From Chrysomallon squamiferum (Eukaryota; Animalia; Mollusca), in NCBI GenBank assembly GCA_012295275.1, contig CM022670.1:23684001-23748000 (forward strand): 64,000 nt of DNA, written 5' to 3'. A model generated the notes under the pieces. It had not been told where the DNA came from. It made no database searches and was given only the letters and a program-made list of their open reading frames with translations. Numbering within the stretch: position 1 is the stretch's first letter; every line of letters starts with the position of its first letter. This document shows positions 56,553 through 64,000 of this stretch, one piece after another. Position numbers and translations under genes: made by a program.

Positions 56553-58474
56553 GATATCTTATAAAATTTATCATTTCAAAATTATAAACATTTATATGTT
56601 GTTTCGGAAAACCCTTCATCGCAAAAGAATAACCAGTTCCAGGGGGGTGGGGGTATCTCTACTTTATTTTGACTTTACTGTGAGTGAATTTATCGTAAGT
56701 ATACAAATTCAAGGTTCAGATTTACTGAGTGTTTACAGTGAACGTTAACTACTCTCAGGCAAAAATAACACCAGCCATACTGGACCTTTAAAGTTGCAAC
56801 TTGATTTTTATCAATAAAAAGGTTTTCTTTCTTCCCAAGAAAAGCAGAACAAAGTAGTATCTGAAGATATGTTTTATTTCCTGATTCGTTTGAACTCGCA
56901 AAATAAATTTTATTTCGTTTTGGTTTTTTTTCGTTTCGAAAGATTAAAAATCCCGTTCGAAAACAAAAGGACCGCAAGTGCGAAAAAAATGACTGAATTT
57001 CGGGTTTAATTACAGGCCGTGATCGAATTACAGAAAATGGAAAAACCAACGAATATAATCATACAAAAGTTATTAAGATTATACAGGTGAATAAAATACT
57101 TTAGGGAACCTCCTGTGCAGTCATATGCTTAATCCCATACATATTGCTGTATTCTCAAAGATATAATCAAAGATATATTAAGTGGGAAATAATACAACCA
57201 TTAACGCTGACAAGCAAGGTTGTTTACTATTTCCTGTAATATAAAACCCAAAATAAAACCTGTAGCACCTGCAGGTCAGACCACATCAGAAATCTGCAGA
57301 GTCTACATGGTCAGCAGTGTCTCCAGGATTAGCAGTTTCTTCAGGGTATCCAGGATTATCAGGTTCTCCATAGTCAGCAGCTATGTGTACATCAGGGCAG
57401 AGGAGACGGAGGGAAGTAGATTTTCTATGTTGGAATTAGCCGTGGCAGTGTTATTAACGACCTTCTGCAACCAATGTAGACTGATTCTGATAGTTTGGCT
57501 TTCTTTTATTAATTTTCTCTGAATTAAATAAACAGACCTAATTTTTTTTTTTTTTTTTTCGGTTATAAAGTCTCTTTGATCAAGTCCTGCAATCAAATCT
57601 CTCATCTTCTGAACACATTTATCTACAAAAATTCTTTCTTGCACTTCCTCGTTTACTTCTTCAGTTTCTTCGTGATCATCTTGTTTGTTCTCGCCTTGTT
57701 GAACCATCTCCATGGGAACATTTGGTTTATAAATAACAAGAACCCTTTTCATCCATTCCTCTAGGTTTTTCCTCCTTGTAATTTCTTTGGTTAATCTTTT
57801 GATATTTGGAATACTCATACCATGGCATGTTATTTCTCAAAACCAATGTAGAACAGATATTCAGTAATGATAAAAGATAGTTTTTAAAGAAGAAATATGG
57901 ATGGCTGCACCGCATTTGTGATGCATTTTCTTCATAACCTGCTAGAATTACTGTTCACTATCTATTTCCAGCAATGAGGTATGGCTTGGAAACATAGACA
58001 CAAACTTAAATAAAAATTAGTAGCCTCAGAAACGATAATTCTTGTTTGGACGTTATCCATGGAAACAAGACAAATTAAATCTCTGTTCATAAACATGATA
58101 AATAAAGTTAATGCAGCTTTTGTTTTGGGTTATACTAGATTTAAAACTGAACAATGCCTTTCTCTAAAACATAAACATAACCACTCGCGAGACAAAATTT
58201 ATTTTGAAATGTTAAATGTAAATATATATATTTATATATATAAATCTAGTGTAAATTATATCCAGATATAGCAGTTGTTTTCATGGGTAGGTAAATACTA
58301 GCTAATCTGCATCTACATAAATTATAAAGTTAAGAAAATCTTAATTACTGAATTGGACCCTGCTGTAATACAAAATATATTTTCACTTAAAAGATGAAAA
58401 ACAAAACTAATTTTTCTTTGAAATGGAGTTACTCAGAATTCTAATTGCCGTTCCAAGAGTGAGACTTTGTCATC

Positions 58475-58615
58475 TAGACTAGAGGAAGGCCAGCGAAACG
58501 ACGGAGGAATTAGTGCGGGAAAGGAAGCATCAGGCAGATGACAGAGCAAGACAAGACGACGTGGCGACAACCTGCAGAGGCTTTCGTCCAAGAACAGAAC
58601 CCAATGATTATAACT
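58475..58615 (+). mobile_element. RTE-clade LINE 3' end
   Basis: Translates TRGRPAKRRRN..IRQMTEQDKTTWRQPAEAFVQ, matching the RTE terminal pattern RGRPxxRW..WxxxAQDRxxWRxxxEAFVQ. An (ATAACG)n/(AAT)n tract follows at 58681-58770. Confidence 0.75.
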
Positions 58616-58724
58616 TTCTCGTGAAATGTTTATTTAATGTTTTTAAAATAGTGTACAAACCTATAGATCTTACTGACTGTTAATAACAATAACGATAACG
58701 ATAACGATAACGATAACGATAACG

Positions 58725-58766
<42 letters not shown>

Positions 58767-58893
58767 TGATAATTAAAGCTAACAAAAGCAATAACCTTTT
58801 TCACTGTATAAGCCAGAGGCCCGCTGGTGATGAATTATTCAATTTAATTAGAAGATTATATGGTTTATGGATGAACAAATGCTTCCTAGTAGA

Positions 58894-58938
<45 letters not shown>

Positions 58939-59499
58939 GTCATTACATAATGCATGTAGATGATATAGGGGCCTCTGCGATACATACGCATGGATAGATT
59001 GTTTCTACAGATGCGTTGTCATCAATTGTTTTTATACGCAACGTCATTAGGATATTATATATCGACTGCATTGCTGTAAACAAATGCCAAAACGATCTGT
59101 CTGAAATTGACCTCTACACATTTGGCTGTCGAGTGTATTCGCTTGCTTTACGACATCGTAACACATTGTGGCAAACATTAGACAAATGGGAAGAATGAGG
59201 AGGAGAAATACCTAATGTGCTCGGAAAACAAAGTATTACTTTAAATGTTAACGCAGGTAAGCTGTTTACAACTCTGCACCAGTTATTTCTAGCGAACAAA
59301 AGCACAAATTGCACAACTTGTTATTCTGTTTCAGAACGCGTATGTCTGTAACGTATACTCGGTATAGTAATTTCGTGTCAAATACAACTTAGCTCGCAGC
59401 ACAAGTGCTTTTGCTAAATTCAGTAGCGTGACTGACTTAGGCGATTATTTATGATGGGTACAGTTGGGTGCCATAATATTAGCTAATGTAAATATGAAC

Positions 59500-59545
59500 G
59501 TATACTATAAAAGGGTGTGACGTACGTCATTTGTTTCACGTGTGT
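59500..59545 (+). promoter_or_regulatory. Candidate core promoter: TATA box, palindromic CRE-like element and E-box
   Basis: TATAAAAG (59506-59513), TGACGTACGTCA (59518-59529) and CACGTG (59537-59542), at the edge of a CpG-retaining block. Confidence 0.35.
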
Positions 59546-59990
59546 AAATACAGTGCAAGGCGAATCTCCAGCACAGCAGTACTGAACCTTTTTTGTTTTT
59601 TCTTTTTAAATTATTATTATTATTATTGTTATTATTATTATTATTTTAATAGCTATGGACGCCTTTTCCTCATAAATTCTTTTGATAAATTCTTCGTCAT
59701 TGAAATACGATGCAAAAAATAAAAAAATAAAATAATAATAATAATAATAAAAATATAAAATCTTACTTTATTTTTATTAGTGTGTATGATTAGGTGGAGT
59801 ATTCTAATAACTGTAAATATATTTACTGTGTTGTGAACATAGCTAATTCAGTTTCAGATAAATATGTATTTAGGAACTAAATCCTATAGAACATTTACTT
59901 ACACTAGTAAAATAATTCGTAATATACTGTCAAGAAAAAAAAAAAGCTTATATATTCAGTGAGATTCTTGTTGTTGTTGTTGTTATGTGA

Positions 59991-59994
<4 letters not shown>

Positions 59995-60053
<59 letters not shown>
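59995..60053 (+). repeat. (TA)n microsatellite
   Basis: Direct reading. Confidence 0.95.
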
Positions 60054-60055
<2 letters not shown>

Positions 60056-60419
60056 TCCAGTGATGTCAGTGATAGTCAAAGATCAACCCTTTCCATAAAG
60101 TCAGCTTTGTTATGGGTTTTCAACAGTAAGTGAGACACAGGACCAAAACTAGATTCAACAATGTAAGATGATGGGTCATTTTTTTTCACTTGACAGACAG
60201 AAAAAAGAAAAAAAGAAAAAGCAAATTGATTCTTTTTATTTTTTATTTTTATCTTTGGTATAGAAATTCAGTTATAACAACCATCCCAAAATGAACTTTC
60301 AGTTTGTTATTTTATTTCTGTGGATCCCCAGTAATGTTACTTGGACTACAGTTGATCTAATGTAATTCTTATATTTCTAATTTAACAGTGTTTTGGGGAT
60401 TTGGTTTTATATCTCTCCA

Positions 60420-60700
60420 TATGTTGTTATATCAGTTACAACAAACTCGTAAAGAAATAAACCAGAGATGATTTACAATGTGCATCTCATGTTACAACCA
60501 TACTTAATAATATTTGTACTGACATTTTTACAAAGTGAGATAAATATTCCTAACTTAATAGAGATTACTGGGGTTTTTTTTAATATAAATTTGTCATTAC
60601 ATAAATATCTTGGATGGATGTCAATTTTTGAAATGGGAAGTGAAAGTCTAAATCTGTATGTATTTGCACTGCTGCAAGATGGTGTGAAAAACATAAAGTA
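60420..60700 (-). mobile_element. Decayed CR1-group LINE 3' end
   Basis: Minus strand FHTILQQCKYIQI..HPRYLCNDKF..PVISIKLGIFISL resembles the DEFHYLxxC...YY..P..KF...KLAxFI terminus of CR1-group ORF2. Confidence 0.35.
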
Positions 60701-61330
60701 AAAGCTTTTTGTTAAGTTTTATAGTAAAGGAAAATATTACAAAAGTCATAAATTCTTGAAATTGGTTAACTGTTCACTCCTAGGTTTAGTTTCTTTTTTA
60801 TTTAATGATTTAAAATGTATGTATATGTAACACATACACACACACACACACACATTCATATTATATTCATATTATATTATATTATATTATATTATATTAA
60901 GCTTTTAATCAGTCTGTGATGGTTGATGATCAAGTAAAAAGACACAGCTAACCTATAACAGTGGCTGAAATTGAGTATTTGCCACAATCAGCATATTGGA
61001 GAAAAGGTAAATAGTGTATATTGATTTTTGATGAGTGTATCATTTGACTGTTTGTTCAGAAGCGACAGTTTGGTACGTCTGCGATCAGCAGTAATATCAG
61101 CAATTGTGTCTTTTCACTGGAGCAGTAGTTCCACTCAGTATTTTTGCTGAAAAATTGTAATAACTTGCTCTACTGAAGAAACATAATGGCATTGTTCAGT
61201 AGAAACTAGCCAAACTGTGTCATAAATTATTTAATTGTATGAATCAGCAGTAATAGCATATCATTAAAGGGTAATATATTAAATGGAAAAAAGCAGAAAC
61301 ATTTATTTCATACTGTTATGTACAAGTATT

Positions 61331-61388
61331 CAGTTACCGAACCATTTATCCGGCATCTGGAAATCTGGAAAATCCAGAAAACTGGCAA

Positions 61389-61429
<41 letters not shown>

Positions 61430-61865
61430 TATTGTTATTATTATTATTATAAGATACTACTTTTGCATTAGTCACACTGTGATGTATACCACTGCTGTTT
61501 TAGTCATTTTGCTGTGTAGAGGTAAATATCTCACAGAAGTCATTATACCTGTCAAATTAAATTATGTTTTTTTTTTTTTTTTTTTATTTAATTTTCATTT
61601 GATATATTATACATGATTTTGTAAGAAATTTAAGTGTTTTAATAAGTGTATTAATTTTGCACAGATATCGTTTAAATAAAATTATGTTCTTTCCTTTCTT
61701 CATTTAATTTTCATCCTATTTATTATAGATCATATTCTCTCTAGGTAACTTAAGATTTTTTATGGATTAAAAAAGAAGTGTGTATTTAGTATGTGTCTAG
61801 AAATCCAGCAAATTCAGAAATCTGGAGCACCTCCAGTCCCAATCTTGCCAGATAAATTATGCAGC
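61331..61865. mobile_element. Degenerate pogo/Tigger-like MITE
   Basis: Inverted ends ATTTATCCGGCA (61344-61355) and TGCCAGATAAAT (61846-61857). Left end begins CAGT. Repeated GAAATCTGGA/AAATCCAG subterminal motifs near both ends. Confidence 0.55.
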
Positions 61866-62239
61866 ATTTTAAAAATATTCAGATTGGAATTATTATAATC
61901 AGTTTATGATACATTTTTGGAAAAGGAATGTCTATGGTTCCTTTATAGTTGTTATTAAAACATATTTTACATCAGTCATAAAAATCATGGACATAAGGCA
62001 CATTTCTTCTTTCTTCATCATTTTAAAAATATTTGTTTTACACATAATAATATTAAATTGTAGAAGTGCTGTTAAACAAATGTTCATCTGTTTTCTGATA
62101 ATGTTATAAAGTGTTTTTCATTATCATTTGTACACCAGTTAATACAGATATATTATATGGGTAATGAAATAAACCATTGGATTCAACCTACATACATACA
62201 TACGTATATATATTCTTACATTCGTATGTATATTATAGA

Positions 62240-62373
<134 letters not shown>

Positions 62374-64000
62374 TTTTATATACACAGATACACTTGTATG
62401 TAATACTTGTATATATTTGTTTTAATATAAAAATTACCTTAGCAACGGGTTTGTTTGTTTTATTAAATTGTTACATACATCCCTACACAAGCAATTACTG
62501 AAAGGAAAATAGAAAAACAACAAAAGCTAATTCATGCATCAGTTACTGGGAATATTTTGAAAATTTTGCAGACATATTAGCTCATTTGTCCTGACCTGCT
62601 TATTTTTTGTGACCAACTTTTTGCTTTGGCAGATTTCTACAGAGCTGTCAAGAAATACTTTTTAAAAGTAATATTTTATATCAGATTAATTTCCGGGATT
62701 TTTCAAAAAACCAAAAAAAAAAAATTTCATAGACTCTAATGCATATATGACATTTCATTTAATTTTTATTTGACATGGAGAATGAAGAATGACATTTCAC
62801 TGATTTTACATTGTCAGTGGCTTTGTATTTCGTGTCTAGTGACATAAAGAATCTTTAGTAAGTTGTAATTAACTTTCCATTCCCATACTTTAATGGGACC
62901 ATAGACTTAACAGATCATTTTGAAATGTAAGGTTTTATTTGAGAAAGAAAGTTAAAAATCACTTTTGAAAAGCTCAGGATTACATAACATTCTTGTCAAG
63001 AGACTTTTGACAGTGAATCAGTGACAGGTTTTCATGAAAGTGACTTAAATCTAGTTGATGTATATGTTAATGGAAAAAAAATGTGTCACTGCATTTAGAT
63101 ATATATTAGAAATATTAATAAATTATACCATTATTGTTGTATTTCTAGTATATAAACAGATTCAATATTATATTAATTTATTTGATTCAGAAAATATCTA
63201 ACAACATTTTTTTTCTTGCATATCTTATTCTTTCCTTTTTCTCTATCATTCTGAGTTTGTCTCCCTGTATATAAATTTCTTTTCTTTTTCTCTTGGAACT
63301 TGTCCATGCTTTCTCTGCGTGCCATTTTTGTAGTCTGTCTCTGTCTAACTTGTATTATAATATTTTTCTTATTAGTGACATTCTATGGTCAGCATCAGTA
63401 ACAGATAATTACTTTGAGAGTATAAAGAATGAACAGGTTTAGCTAAAGGGTTGATGAAAAATTAAGACATTTATACTTCAGGGTTTTTAACAAGCAATAT
63501 TTTCAATTATTCTAATTACCTAGGGGCTTAATTATCACTGAAGTGAAGCTAATATCATTGGAATGACTTCACAGAACCTTTTGCTGGAGATGTTTTGGAA
63601 GAGAATTGCTTTGTGTTATCAGTACATTGCCAATCCTGTCTTGTAGCACATACTGTAAAATACTTAACAACAACAAAAACCATTTCTTTTCATCCACTTT
63701 TTTAGAGAAACATAATAAGTTATCATTTCACTGTCACAGGCTTTCACTTATTCCACTTAACCAAAACAAAATAATTACCCATTACATTTACTTTTGCTGA
63801 CTTTTTTCCATAGTAATGACAAAATTATAAACTGGGTTTTCTCTCTTTCATTATGTCTTTTTCTGTAACCTTTTTTTGTAAAACACACATAAAGAAACCA
63901 AAAATCTTTCTAGTTAAATATATAGTTTTGAAATGGATCAAGCTTCCATTACTTTTCAGTGTAACTATTCATACATTTCAAATCTAATTCTTAAAATTTC

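Noticed and set aside
63200-63860. Minus-strand fragments (GISES.., IYIQGDKLRM) reminiscent of a LINE ORF1
   Set aside because: Too short and fragmented to support a call without a search.

Overview
AT-rich animal genomic DNA with spliceosomal genes; intron style and repeat content suggest an invertebrate, possibly a mollusc (inference only). The window holds four genes: (1) the 3' 18 exons of an ATAD2/ATAD2B-type AAA+ ATPase-bromodomain gene (+, 3251-12635; N-terminal exons not found); (2) complete HADHB (-, 15 coding exons, ~472 aa, one GC-AG intron); (3) complete HADHA (+, 21 exons, ~770 aa), which carries an apparent 1-nt insertion frameshift in exon 19; (4) an unrecognised 368-aa, probably disordered protein encoded in one coding exon (+, 49733-50839). 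HADHA and HADHB are head-to-head with only 244 bp between start codons, and an outward-facing HNF4/DR1-like element sits just upstream of each ATG. The rest is decayed LINEs (I/Nimb-like, L2, RTE, CR1-like), pogo/Tigger-type MITEs, a two-copy ~0.8 kb intronic repeat and long microsatellites. CpG is visibly depleted over the housekeeping gene bodies and retained elsewhere. No prokaryotic-type system (CRISPR etc.) is present, and I found no clearly new biological system. Exon models were built by hand from splice signals and reading frame; family calls come from motif recognition, not database searches.
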